This document shows, in pieces, positions 9,305 to 17,790 of a DNA stretch of 64,000 nt. The DNA is from Patescibacteria group bacterium (lineage in GTDB: Bacteria; Patescibacteriota; Minisyncoccia; Phycocordibacterales; WO2-35-19). Under the pieces are notes generated by a model, which had not been told where the DNA came from, searched no databases, and worked only from the letters and a program-made list of their open reading frames with translations. A program made the position numbers and the translations under genes. Location: contig JBBTSI010000011.1 in NCBI GenBank assembly GCA_038064735.1, forward strand, positions 1,768-65,767, read 5' to 3'. The number at the start of each line of letters is the position of its first letter. The stretch's first letter is position 1.

Positions 9305-9423
9305 TTCTATTGGGAGTAGGCCAAAAACCGAACAACGAGGCGTGAGAGCACGCCTACAATGAGTTTTCAACTCAAGAGACCCAATAGCGGCAGTCGGAAT
9401 TAACCCCGACTGTTTTCTTTTTA
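9305..9423 (+). ncRNA. Candidate small RNA of about 115 nt, lying between a consensus promoter and an intrinsic terminator, with no ORF.
   Basis: Internal hairpins are ttggc...gccaa and ggcgtg-agag-cacgcc. The terminator is cagtcgg-aattaacc-ccgactg followed by TTTTCTTTTT at 9391-9423. Confidence 0.3.
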
Positions 9424-9506
9424 TAAATTTTGTTTTAAACTGATTTTATGGAAAAAAGTGAATTTAAAGAAATAACTAAAAAATGGTTTGCCTATTTAAA
9501 ATAAAA

Positions 9507-9968
9507 ATGCACAGATTAGATAATGAAAAACAAATACTTTTTTATGAAAACGAATTTTATGTATTTTCTAATTACTCATCTTTCGCTTTAGAATGGAAAG
9601 ACAAACTTTATCCGACTTCGGAACACGCTTATCATTCTGAAAAATTTGAAGATGAAAATCTGAAAGAACAAATCAGAAATGCTCGTTCTGCTCATGATTC
9701 CCAAAAATTTTCAGAAGCGAATAAAGATAAATACAGGGAAGACTGGGGTGATGTCAGGGTGCAAATAATGAAAGAAATATTGCGGGCAAAAGTAGAACAG
9801 CACCCTTATGTCAAAAAGAAACTTTTGGAATCTGATGGCAAAGAACTTATTGAAGATTCTTGGCGGGATAATTTTTGGGGCTGGGGGCCAAATAAAGATG
9901 GGCAGAACCAACTTGGTAAACTTTGGATGGAAATCAGAGAGGAATTTATTAATGCTGATTTAAAATAA
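9507..9968 (+). CDS. NADAR-domain protein (YbiA/DUF1768 family, ADP-ribose or riboflavin-intermediate N-glycosidase-like).
   Basis: FYVFSNYSSFALEWKDKLYPTSEHAYHSEKF ... RDNFWGWGPNKDGQNQLGKLWMEIRE matches the NADAR consensus (F.NF, TSEH.YQ.KF, WG.G..G.N.LG..LM..R). Confidence 0.7.
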   Translation: MHRLDNEKQILFYENEFYVFSNYSSFALEWKDKLYPTSEHAYHSEKFEDENLKEQIRNARSAHDSQKFSEANKDKYREDWGDVRVQIMKEILRAKVEQHPYVKKKLLESDGKELIEDSWRDNFWGWGPNKDGQNQLGKLWMEIREEFINADLK

Positions 9969-10097
9969 TTTCAGTTTGGCGAATAAATAACACGCTATTG
10001 CAATTTTGGGGCGGATGATATTAAATAGATTGAAGAAGAATTTCGTCTATCTGATGTTCAACTTCAAAAACGCGGGAGGTTGGCTTGAGCAAAGGTA

Positions 10098-10274
10098 ATG
10101 GGAAATCGAATAGGAAATCGGCTTGGAAAAATCGGCAAAAGCGAAACAAGAGGATGGTCAGAGACCAAATCCGTGCGGGCAATTCAGGGCAAATGCATAC
10201 AAATTATGTGTGCGGGCCAGGGACCGGCAACACACCTGGGAGAAAAGTTGATTGTTAAGTCCTTCATGAGATAG
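10098..10274 (+). CDS. Possible 58-aa micro-ORF (MGNRIGNRLGKIGKSETRGWSETKSVRAIQGKCIQIMCAGQGPATHLGEKLIVKSFMR). It may instead be the body of an ncRNA.
   Basis: AAAGG lies 4 nt upstream of the ATG and a terminator follows at once. Local GC is higher than the flanks and codon use is atypical (cgg, ggc). Confidence 0.2.
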   Translation: MGNRIGNRLGKIGKSETRGWSETKSVRAIQGKCIQIMCAGQGPATHLGEKLIVKSFMR

Positions 10275-10280
10275 ACGAGT

Positions 10281-10319
10281 CCGTTCGGCACCCCCTGGTG
10301 CCGAACGGCTTTCTTTTTA
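10281..10319 (+). terminator. Intrinsic terminator.
   Basis: ccgttcggcacc-ccct-ggtgccgaacgg forms a 12-bp stem and is followed by CTTTCTTTTT. Confidence 0.55.
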
Positions 10320-10389
10320 CCTAAATTCATTTTAAACTGATTCTAATATTAACTCGAACAATCAACCTAAAATTTAATATAATAAAAAT

Positions 10390-10692
10390 ATGACTAAAAA
10401 TCCATATATTAACGCACTGGTCGCTGGTGTTTACATTATTTTTGTCGTACTTCTTATCACCTACGGCCCAACATACGTTAGAGATAAGCCAGACACCATC
10501 CTAGCTCCAATGGCAGTGCTTAGCTTGCTGGTTCTCTCGGTCGCCTTCATGGGCTACACTTTCGTTTTTCGACCGGCACTTATGTATATAGATGGGCAAA
10601 AACGCGAAGCTATAACACTCTTCACAAAGACCATTCTTACATTTGCTATTATAACCGGCATTATTGTCCTCATTACCTTTTTCCCCAAATAA
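10390..10692 (+). CDS. Small 3-TM membrane protein, hypothetical.
   Basis: 100-aa ORF with three hydrophobic helices. Confidence 0.45.
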   Translation: MTKNPYINALVAGVYIIFVVLLITYGPTYVRDKPDTILAPMAVLSLLVLSVAFMGYTFVFRPALMYIDGQKREAITLFTKTILTFAIITGIIVLITFFPK

Positions 10693-10697
10693 AAAAT

Positions 10698-10931
10698 TTA
10701 TGCAGGATTGGTGTTTCTAGGAAGCCAATCCATAACTTTTTTCCTGTGATTATCGAGCGACCAAGTATCGCCTTTTTTAAACAAGGCTTCATGTTCTTTT
10801 TTAAACATTAAAAGTTGCGCCTCGGATACTTGAGGAAAATTGGCAGGCATATTTTGATTGAATGATTTAAGAAAATCAAGAAGGGAAAGCTGTATTTCAT
10901 TCAGTTTGAGTTCTTGTGAGTTACTCTTCAT
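10698..10931 (-). CDS. Hypothetical 77-aa protein.
   Basis: Intact ORF, convergent with the upstream gene. No recognisable motif. Confidence 0.35.
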   Translation of the reverse strand: MKSNSQELKLNEIQLSLLDFLKSFNQNMPANFPQVSEAQLLMFKKEHEALFKKGDTWSLDNHRKKVMDWLPRNTNPA

Positions 10932-11020
10932 AACTTAAACAATATCATTATTTTATAAAATAATCAAGGTATTTATCAGACATCCAACCACTTCAAACTT
11001 TTTGATATACTAATACCAAC

Positions 11021-11917
11021 ATGTTGCAAATTCCCAATCTTCAACAAAATATAAAAATCGCCCCTTATACGACATATGAAATCGGCGGTCCAGCCGATTA
11101 TTTCGTGGTAGTAAAAAATAAAGATGAACTTATAAATGCCGTAACTCAAGCGAGAGAAAATAAAATCCCATATTTTATTTTAGGCATTGGAGCCAATATT
11201 CTTTTTGGAGACAAAGGATTTCGGGGTTTAGTTGTCAAAAATGAAGCCAACAAAATTTCTATTTTCGATAATTTAATAACAGCCGAAAGTGGCGCAACGA
11301 TTTCCGACCTTATTGAAATAACTACCGAACAAAATCTCTCTGGTTTTGAACATTTCGCCGGTATCCCCAGCACAGTCGGCGGCGCTCTTTGGCAGAATTT
11401 GCATTTTCTCTCGCCAGACCGAACAGAAACAGTGTATATTGATTCAATATTAGCATCAGCGGAAATTTTAGATGAATCAAACAATTTGCAAAAAGTGGCA
11501 AAAGATTTTTTTGAATTCGGATACGACACCAGTATTTTGCATAAAAAAGATTTGATAGTGACTGAAGCGACTTTTAAATTGGAATTCAAAGAAAAAACCA
11601 CTATTCAAAAACAAATAGCAGAAAATCTGAAGTGGCGAGCTGATAGACAGCCCGCTTTGGAAAAATTTCCATCATGTGGTTCGGTTTTTAAAAAAATAAA
11701 AAGTGTAGGGGCCGGAAGATTGATTGATCAAGCTGGACTTAAAGGGTACCGAGTAGGTGATGCCCAAGTGTCAGAAAAGCATGCCAACTTCATCATAAAC
11801 ACTGGTAATGCGACTGCGAAAGATGTGAGGGATTTAATTAAACTTATCCAAGAAAAAGTACTAAAAGAGACTGGCCATAAACTAGAGACAGAGATAAGTT
11901 TTGTGGGAGAATTTTAA
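11021..11917 (+). CDS. murB: UDP-N-acetylenolpyruvoylglucosamine reductase.
   Basis: FAD-binding N-terminus APYTTYEIGGPADYFVVVKN, plus C-terminal GSVFKKIKSVGAGRLIDQAGLKGYRVGDAQVSEKHANFIIN. Confidence 0.85.
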   Translation: MLQIPNLQQNIKIAPYTTYEIGGPADYFVVVKNKDELINAVTQARENKIPYFILGIGANILFGDKGFRGLVVKNEANKISIFDNLITAESGATISDLIEITTEQNLSGFEHFAGIPSTVGGALWQNLHFLSPDRTETVYIDSILASAEILDESNNLQKVAKDFFEFGYDTSILHKKDLIVTEATFKLEFKEKTTIQKQIAENLKWRADRQPALEKFPSCGSVFKKIKSVGAGRLIDQAGLKGYRVGDAQVSEKHANFIINTGNATAKDVRDLIKLIQEKVLKETGHKLETEISFVGEF

Positions 11918-11922
11918 TTTTT

Positions 11923-12183
11923 ATGCCATATTTCGTTTACATCTTGAAATGCTCTGACCAAACTCTTTATACCGGTTACACCAACAATTTAGAAAAAAGA
12001 TTGGAACATCACAACAATTCCAAACAAGGTGCCCATTATACGAAAATCCGCAGGCCGGTGAAGTTGTTGTATTCAGAAACTTTCCCCACTCTCAAAGAAG
12101 CCCTCCGCAGAGAATACGCCATCAAAAAATTGACAAGAGAAGAAAAGTTGAATTTGATTAAAAATAATTATAGACTGACTTAG
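11923..12183 (+). CDS. GIY-YIG nuclease-domain protein (UPF0213/YhbQ-like).
   Basis: YFVYILKCSDQTLYTGYTNNLEKRLEHHN ... REYAIKKLTREEK. Confidence 0.75.
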   Translation: MPYFVYILKCSDQTLYTGYTNNLEKRLEHHNNSKQGAHYTKIRRPVKLLYSETFPTLKEALRREYAIKKLTREEKLNLIKNNYRLT

Positions 12184-12193
12184 GAGGAAAATT

Positions 12194-12793
12194 ATGGAAA
12201 TCATTCTATCAACAAGAAACAGAAGTAAAATAGACCAGATTAAAGCGTTATTGAACGGACTTGATATTCAAGTATTGTCTCTTGATGAAGCAGGAATCGA
12301 AGGGGAAGCCGTAGAAGATGGTGCAACCTTGGAAGAAAATGCTTTCAAAAAAGCTTCATTCGCGAGCAAACAAACTGGCAAATGGGCTATAGCTGATGAT
12401 ACTGGTTTGTTTATTGATGCTCTTGATGGAAAACCTGGAATTCACGCGGCGAGGTGGGCAGGAGACGATCTCACTACAGGGCAAATAAGAGATTTCACTC
12501 TTGCACAACTCAAAGATGTGAAGGAAGAAAATCGCACAGCGACCTTTACAACAGTTGCTGTGATTGTTGCACCAACAGGAGAAAAAACTGTTTTTAGCGG
12601 ATCAGTAAAAGGAAAAATCCTTTCTGCTCCTAGAGCAGAATGCCAACCCAACATGCCCTACAGCGCTTTGTTTATTCCAGATGGACAAAGTAAAGTTTGG
12701 GCTGAAATGGATGTTAATGAGGAAAATCGAATCAGCCATCGTGGACAAGCATTCAGACAAGTTCGTGATTTTTTCCAATCAGTACTTTCGTAA
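12194..12793 (+). CDS. rdgB: Non-canonical purine NTP pyrophosphatase (RdgB/HAM1, dITP/XTP).
   Basis: ILSTRNRSK ... DDTGLFIDALDGKPGIHAARWAG ... ISHRGQAF. Confidence 0.8.
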   Translation: MEIILSTRNRSKIDQIKALLNGLDIQVLSLDEAGIEGEAVEDGATLEENAFKKASFASKQTGKWAIADDTGLFIDALDGKPGIHAARWAGDDLTTGQIRDFTLAQLKDVKEENRTATFTTVAVIVAPTGEKTVFSGSVKGKILSAPRAECQPNMPYSALFIPDGQSKVWAEMDVNEENRISHRGQAFRQVRDFFQSVLS

Positions 12794-12796
12794 AAA

Positions 12797-12830
12797 ATCA
12801 GGATGTGTTATACAACGCATCCTGATTTTA
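12797..12830 (+). terminator. Intrinsic terminator.
   Basis: atcaggatg-(loop)-catcctgat stem followed by TTTTAAT. Confidence 0.5.
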
Positions 12831-12859
12831 ATATAAATTAAAAAGAAAATAACAAAATT

Positions 12860-13273
12860 ATGAAAGTTGTCATAGCTGGAAGTGCAAGACTTCAAAACGA
12901 AATACAAAAATGGATTGAATATTGGAATAGTAAAGATGGTTATTCAGTCTCGAACTATCCTAGAGCGATACCACAAGACAATTTTGAAAAACTCTATTCT
13001 GATATTCATAAAGACTTTCTTAAAAATATAGTTGAAGCAGATGTGTTATTTATCGCCAATGAAAAGAAAAATGGAATCAATGGATATATTGGTGCTGAAA
13101 CTTTTGCTGAACTAGGATTTGGTTTAGCTCAAAATTTAATTAACGGAAAGAATATAAAACTTATACTTGCCAATATGCCGTCAGAGGAGGTAGCTTGTTA
13201 TGATGAAATAGTTTTGTGGCAAAAGTTGGGCTGGATATTTGTCTGGTTTTTAAATCCAAATATGGTAAAATAA
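12860..13273 (+). CDS. Nucleoside 2-deoxyribosyltransferase-like protein (Rossmann-like).
   Basis: MKVVIAGSAR ... LFIANEKKNGINGYIGAETFAELGFGLA resembles the NDT/YtoQ family core. The call is weak. Confidence 0.35.
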   Translation: MKVVIAGSARLQNEIQKWIEYWNSKDGYSVSNYPRAIPQDNFEKLYSDIHKDFLKNIVEADVLFIANEKKNGINGYIGAETFAELGFGLAQNLINGKNIKLILANMPSEEVACYDEIVLWQKLGWIFVWFLNPNMVK

Positions 13274-13279
13274 AGTATA

Positions 13280-13762
13280 ATGTCAATGGAATCATTTTCA
13301 GTTGCAAACACAAACGAAAGACCCGAGAATGAACTCGAGGCCGGGAAAAGCATTTCTCCAGAAGAAAAAAGTGTTGCCTGGTCGCAACAAGTTGATGAGA
13401 TTGTAAAAGCTGAAATAGAAAAGAAAAGACCAGAGATGATCCAACTCACAACCAAAGGATTAGGAGATCTATTTGAACTTTTACCAAAAGATCGGGAAAT
13501 AGCAAAAGAAGATATCGTAAGTTTGTTGGAACATACTGAGCTCAGAATTATGCTTCCCGGTATGCGTGATGAATTTGCTAAAGAAGCCATAAAAAGACAG
13601 ATTCATAATATCGCTGATAAAGCGCAATTTATTACTGAATCACTCGAGACCGACGCGATGAAGATGTTTATTCAAGCGGAAGCCCAAAAAGATTCAATTG
13701 ATGATTCTCTAAAAAGTATTAGAGAAGCAAGGGAAGGTACACGAGAGGAACAAACACAATAA
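13280..13762 (+). CDS. Acidic hypothetical protein, 160 aa.
   Basis: Intact ORF with a terminator hairpin just downstream (tgtcaaag...ctttgaca, 13775..13798). Confidence 0.4.
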   Translation: MSMESFSVANTNERPENELEAGKSISPEEKSVAWSQQVDEIVKAEIEKKRPEMIQLTTKGLGDLFELLPKDREIAKEDIVSLLEHTELRIMLPGMRDEFAKEAIKRQIHNIADKAQFITESLETDAMKMFIQAEAQKDSIDDSLKSIREAREGTREEQTQ

Positions 13763-13867
13763 AATAACACCGGGTGTCAAAGGGCATCTTTGACATTTTC
13801 TTCCAGTTATATATTCTAATTTCAGAATATAACGAAAAGATCATTCAAAACTTCAAAAGGAGAGGCT

Positions 13868-14437
13868 ATGATTCCAAATAAACTAGTAGAAGTCTCAAAT
13901 AGATTAACAAATCTAAATGAACGACCATTGGCTTTCACCGACTTGGAAACCAGCGGGGATATTTTTTGTGAACATGAAATCCTAGAAATAGGTCTCGTGG
14001 TTGCCGATCAGGGAACCCTCGAGATCATTGACACACTAAGTATAAAAATAAAGCCGGAACACATAGAGAACGCTTTCCCAGCAGCCCTAGAAAGAAATGG
14101 CTTCAAAGCCGAAAATTGGCTTCATGCCGTATCCCTAAATAAAGGCCTACAAAAATACGCTGAGAAAACGAAGGGAGCGATTTTCGTCGCTTATAATGTT
14201 GCTTTTGATTGGGGTTTTATGAGTGAAGGATTCAGGAAAACTGGAGTCAAAAACATTTTGGATTATCACCGGCTTGACGTGCTGACTCTCGCTTGGCAAA
14301 GAGGTCTGAAAGATAATCCAAGCTGGAAAATGGAAGCTGCCTGCAAAATGTTTGGGGTATCTCCGGAATCAGGAGCCCACGGTGCTTTGAGTGGTGCAAT
14401 GACTTGTTTCAAATTGTACAAAAAGTTAGTTAGCTGA
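13868..14437 (+). CDS. DEDD-family 3'-5' exonuclease (DnaQ/epsilon-like).
   Basis: Exo I LAFTDLETSG, Exo II VAYNVAFDWGF, Exo III HGALSGAM. Confidence 0.7.
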   Translation: MIPNKLVEVSNRLTNLNERPLAFTDLETSGDIFCEHEILEIGLVVADQGTLEIIDTLSIKIKPEHIENAFPAALERNGFKAENWLHAVSLNKGLQKYAEKTKGAIFVAYNVAFDWGFMSEGFRKTGVKNILDYHRLDVLTLAWQRGLKDNPSWKMEAACKMFGVSPESGAHGALSGAMTCFKLYKKLVS

Positions 14438-14438
14438 A

Positions 14439-14474
14439 AAACGGCTCAACGAGTAATCCCGTTGAGCCGTTTTA
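14439..14474 (+). terminator. Intrinsic terminator. Its stem is identical to the hairpin at 46102..46134.
   Basis: aacggctcaacg-agtaatc-cgttgagccgtt followed by TTTATT. Confidence 0.55.
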
Positions 14475-14492
14475 TTATATATAACTTTTAAA

Positions 14493-14517
14493 AAAGCCGC
14501 GGTATGAGCGCGGCTTT
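14493..14517 (-). terminator. Terminator for the minus-strand gene 14547..15116.
   Basis: agccgcg-gtatga-cgcggct with a T-run on the minus strand. Confidence 0.45.
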
Positions 14518-14546
14518 AATGAGTTGTAGCATTTAGGAATTGCTAT

Positions 14547-15116
14547 CTACTCGAGAATCCTAAACTCGCAATTTGAAAAAGATGTGAAATCAAATATGTG
14601 TTCATGACTCAAACCTTTGTGAACAGTCTCTAGAGCCCTGCTTATTGCTCCGTGAGATATAACAAGAACATCTTTTTGAATCTCGAGTTCCAGAATCTTG
14701 TTTTTTATCTCCCACAAAACCACATCAGCTCTCAAACATAGATCTTGATAATTTTCTCCTCCTTCCACTTCCAAAACGTAGGTAAAACCCCACATCTCTT
14801 TGTAAGATTTGGCCAATAGAGGAATATCAGAGTATGGATGACCTTCCAAAATACCATGACTTCTCTCTATCAAGCATTCCAATACGGTATGAGGAATTTT
14901 CAACACTTGAGAACAAATCTCTGCAGTTCTAGCAGCTCGCTGGTATGGAGAAGAGAATATGTGTCCAATATCCAGCTTCACTATTTTAAGTTCATCAGCT
15001 AATTCATAAGCTTGAGCCACTCCTATAGCTGTGAGTGGGGAATTTCGTCTCCCATTCAATATACCATTGGCATTATCTTCATCTTGTCCATGCCGAGCCA
15101 GAATGATTTTACCCAT
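14547..15116 (-). CDS. Histidine phosphatase family protein (phosphoglycerate-mutase-like).
   Basis: ILARHGQDEDN (RHG motif) ... SSPYQRAARTAEI ... VISHGAISRAL. Confidence 0.75.
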   Translation of the reverse strand: MGKIILARHGQDEDNANGILNGRRNSPLTAIGVAQAYELADELKIVKLDIGHIFSSPYQRAARTAEICSQVLKIPHTVLECLIERSHGILEGHPYSDIPLLAKSYKEMWGFTYVLEVEGGENYQDLCLRADVVLWEIKNKILELEIQKDVLVISHGAISRALETVHKGLSHEHIFDFTSFSNCEFRILE

Positions 15117-15241
15117 TTTAAGAGCTCCTTTCTGGGCTGATACTACACAATACTATATGCATATGCAACACGCACCGACGCTCCTTTCTTTTTATAAAAA
15201 TAATAGCTAGACTTAATCTGATTTAATTAAATAATAAAAAT

Positions 15242-16240
15242 ATGAATTACAAAGATAGAGTATATGGAAATGTAGAAATCACAGAACCAGTTATTCTGGA
15301 TATTATAAATTCCACACCTCTCCAGAGATTGAAAGAAATAGACCAAGCCGGGTTTCGTCCTCTTTGGGTAAAACCAGATGTAGAAACTGGAGAATGCGAC
15401 CATAGTCGTTTTGCTCATTCTATCGGGGTATATCTGTTGCTTCGCAAATATAGCACTTCACTTGAAGAACAAATTGCCGGATTAATTCACGATGTTTCTC
15501 ATTCAGCGTTTTCTCACTGCATAGACTATGTTTTGGAAGCTGGCTCAGAAAAAGAACACAATCATCAAGACAATATGTTTGATGAATTTGTCAGAAAATC
15601 AGAAATACCAAAAATTCTTAACAAATATAATTTAGATTTAGAATTTATTCTTAATGACGGAAATTTCCCGCTCAAGGAAAAAAATTTGCCAGATTTGTGT
15701 GCGGATAGGATTGATTATTCATTTAGAACTGCAGTTATTTTTGAGGAAATAACAACGGAAGAGGCTCAAAATCTTCTTGGCAATCTTACAGCAGAAAACG
15801 GTGAGTGGATTTTTAAAGATTTTAAAAGTGCTAAAAAATATGCAGAATTATTTTTGAAACTTAACACAGATTATTATGCAGGATTAACCTCTGCTGTTAT
15901 GTTTTGTGCCGTTGGAGATTGTCTGCGTTATGCTCTTTCAAAAGGTTATATATCCGAAGATGATTTATACACCACGGATAAAATAGTTATCGAAAAGATA
16001 AAACCCTATATAGTTGAAGATTCAAAATTAGGATTGCTTTGGGAAAAAATGAACAACAAAGTTGGCTCAAAAAATAACCCGGATGATTATGATAGGAAAG
16101 TATTTTGCAAATCACGGGTAGTTGACCCCCTTTGTTTTGATAATGGAAAAGTGAAAAGGGTTTCGGAAATAGAACAAGGTTGGGCTGATGTAATAAAAAA
16201 AGAATCAAAACCAAAAGAGTATTTTGTAAAATTTAAATAA
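15242..16240 (+). CDS. HD-domain phosphohydrolase.
   Basis: HSRFAHSIGVYLL ... GLIHDVSHSAFSH gives the H...HD motif. Confidence 0.65.
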   Translation: MNYKDRVYGNVEITEPVILDIINSTPLQRLKEIDQAGFRPLWVKPDVETGECDHSRFAHSIGVYLLLRKYSTSLEEQIAGLIHDVSHSAFSHCIDYVLEAGSEKEHNHQDNMFDEFVRKSEIPKILNKYNLDLEFILNDGNFPLKEKNLPDLCADRIDYSFRTAVIFEEITTEEAQNLLGNLTAENGEWIFKDFKSAKKYAELFLKLNTDYYAGLTSAVMFCAVGDCLRYALSKGYISEDDLYTTDKIVIEKIKPYIVEDSKLGLLWEKMNNKVGSKNNPDDYDRKVFCKSRVVDPLCFDNGKVKRVSEIEQGWADVIKKESKPKEYFVKFK

Positions 16241-16419
16241 ATACGGAAGGCTCAGAAAATTCACAACCCGTTCAGCAAGTTCCCGACTCTGCTCAGAACG
16301 GGCCAACCGAAATTCAAAATGATAAAATAAGAAAACAAATTAATATCAACCTCTTGAATTTTATATAATAAATGTTATTATTTTAATAGTAATGTTCCTT
16401 TTCCTATGGAGGTAGACTG

Positions 16420-16800
16420 ATGTCCGGAACCAAACTTGGACCCAAAAGATGCGTGTTTTGCAAAATACGAGATAAAAAACTTCCAGCAAATATTGTTTTC
16501 GAGAATGATGAATTTTTAGCATTCACGCCGATTGAACAGGTTTCAAAAGGACATACTCTTTTGATACCAAAAAAACATCGGGAGGGTTTGCTCGATGTAG
16601 ATGATAATTCTTTTGAAAGACTTTTTGGGGTTGCTCAAAAACTTTCCAGAGAACTCATCGATAAATATGAAGCCACAGGTATAAATCTGCTTTGTGCGAG
16701 CGGAAAAGACGCTCAACAATCAGTCATGCATTTCCATTTGCATATCGTCCCGAGATATCCAAATGATGGGTTGGGTCTTTGGTTCAAAAACAAACTTTGA
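16420..16800 (+). CDS. HIT-family (histidine triad) protein.
   Basis: CVFCKI ... SKGHTLLIPKKH ... HFHLHIVPR contains the HxHxHxx motif. Confidence 0.8.
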   Translation: MSGTKLGPKRCVFCKIRDKKLPANIVFENDEFLAFTPIEQVSKGHTLLIPKKHREGLLDVDDNSFERLFGVAQKLSRELIDKYEATGINLLCASGKDAQQSVMHFHLHIVPRYPNDGLGLWFKNKL

Positions 16801-16893
16801 TTGACTCAGGAGCGCCGCGTTGCAATACGCACCGGCGCTCTTTTTTTTAGCTATTATGCTATAATTGGCGATTATTATATAACTCCTAATTAT

Positions 16894-17790
16894 ATGAAAA
16901 AAACTATAGTCGCGGTCATTGTGGTAATAGCAATTGTCGGTGCCTATTTTTTGGTTAATAATTTATTAAGTAAAAATACTGTAACAACAAGTTTAACTCC
17001 ATCAACCAACGACCAAAATACAACAGCAACCACTACCGAAACTCAAAATCCAGCCCAGTCAGTCATCGGCAAATCCGTTGAAAACCGAGATATAATCGCT
17101 TACAACTATGGTACCGGTGAAAAGAAAATTTTGTTCGTTGGTGGCATCCATGGCGGTTATGAATGGAACACATCAAAAGTTGCTTATGAACTAATAAATT
17201 ATTTGGAAGCAAATCCATCTTTTGTTCCCAATAATATCAAGGTAACAGTTATCCCCGTTTTAAATCCTGACGGTCTTTATAAAATTGTCGGCACCACTAC
17301 TGGAAATTTCACTTCAGCAAACGTCTCATCCAATACAGTACCCGGCCGCTTTAACGCAAACAATGTCGACCTTAACCGCAACTTTGATTGCGATTGGCAA
17401 ACTAATGCTACTTGGCAAAATAAAACTGTCAGTGGAGGAGACTCGGTCTTTTCCGAACCGGAAAGTTTAGCTATAAAAAATTATATAGAAACAAACAAAC
17501 CAAGTGCAGTCGTCGTCTGGTATAGTTCAGCTGGTGGGGTTTACTCTTCAAGTTGTCACAACGGTGTCTCTCCGGAAACCAACACTCTTACCAAAACTTA
17601 TGCGAGTGCTTCTGGTTATCCTGCCTATCAAAGTTTTGATTTCTACGCCACAACAGGCGACATGGTAAACTGGCTAGCCAAAATCAATATCCCAGCGGTG
17701 AGTGTACTTTTGACTAATCATACCGATACTGAATGGACTAAAAACCAAAAAGGCGTCGAGGCCCTGATTAACTATTATTTCAACAAATAA
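16894..17790 (+). CDS. M14-family zinc carboxypeptidase (gamma-D-Glu-DAP peptidase-like), membrane-anchored.
   Basis: N-terminal TM segment, then VGGIHGGYEWNT ... RFNANNVDLNRNFDCDW ... FSEPES. Start was chosen at the internal MKKTIVAVIVV. Confidence 0.7.
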   Translation: MKKTIVAVIVVIAIVGAYFLVNNLLSKNTVTTSLTPSTNDQNTTATTTETQNPAQSVIGKSVENRDIIAYNYGTGEKKILFVGGIHGGYEWNTSKVAYELINYLEANPSFVPNNIKVTVIPVLNPDGLYKIVGTTTGNFTSANVSSNTVPGRFNANNVDLNRNFDCDWQTNATWQNKTVSGGDSVFSEPESLAIKNYIETNKPSAVVVWYSSAGGVYSSSCHNGVSPETNTLTKTYASASGYPAYQSFDFYATTGDMVNWLAKINIPAVSVLLTNHTDTEWTKNQKGVEALINYYFNK

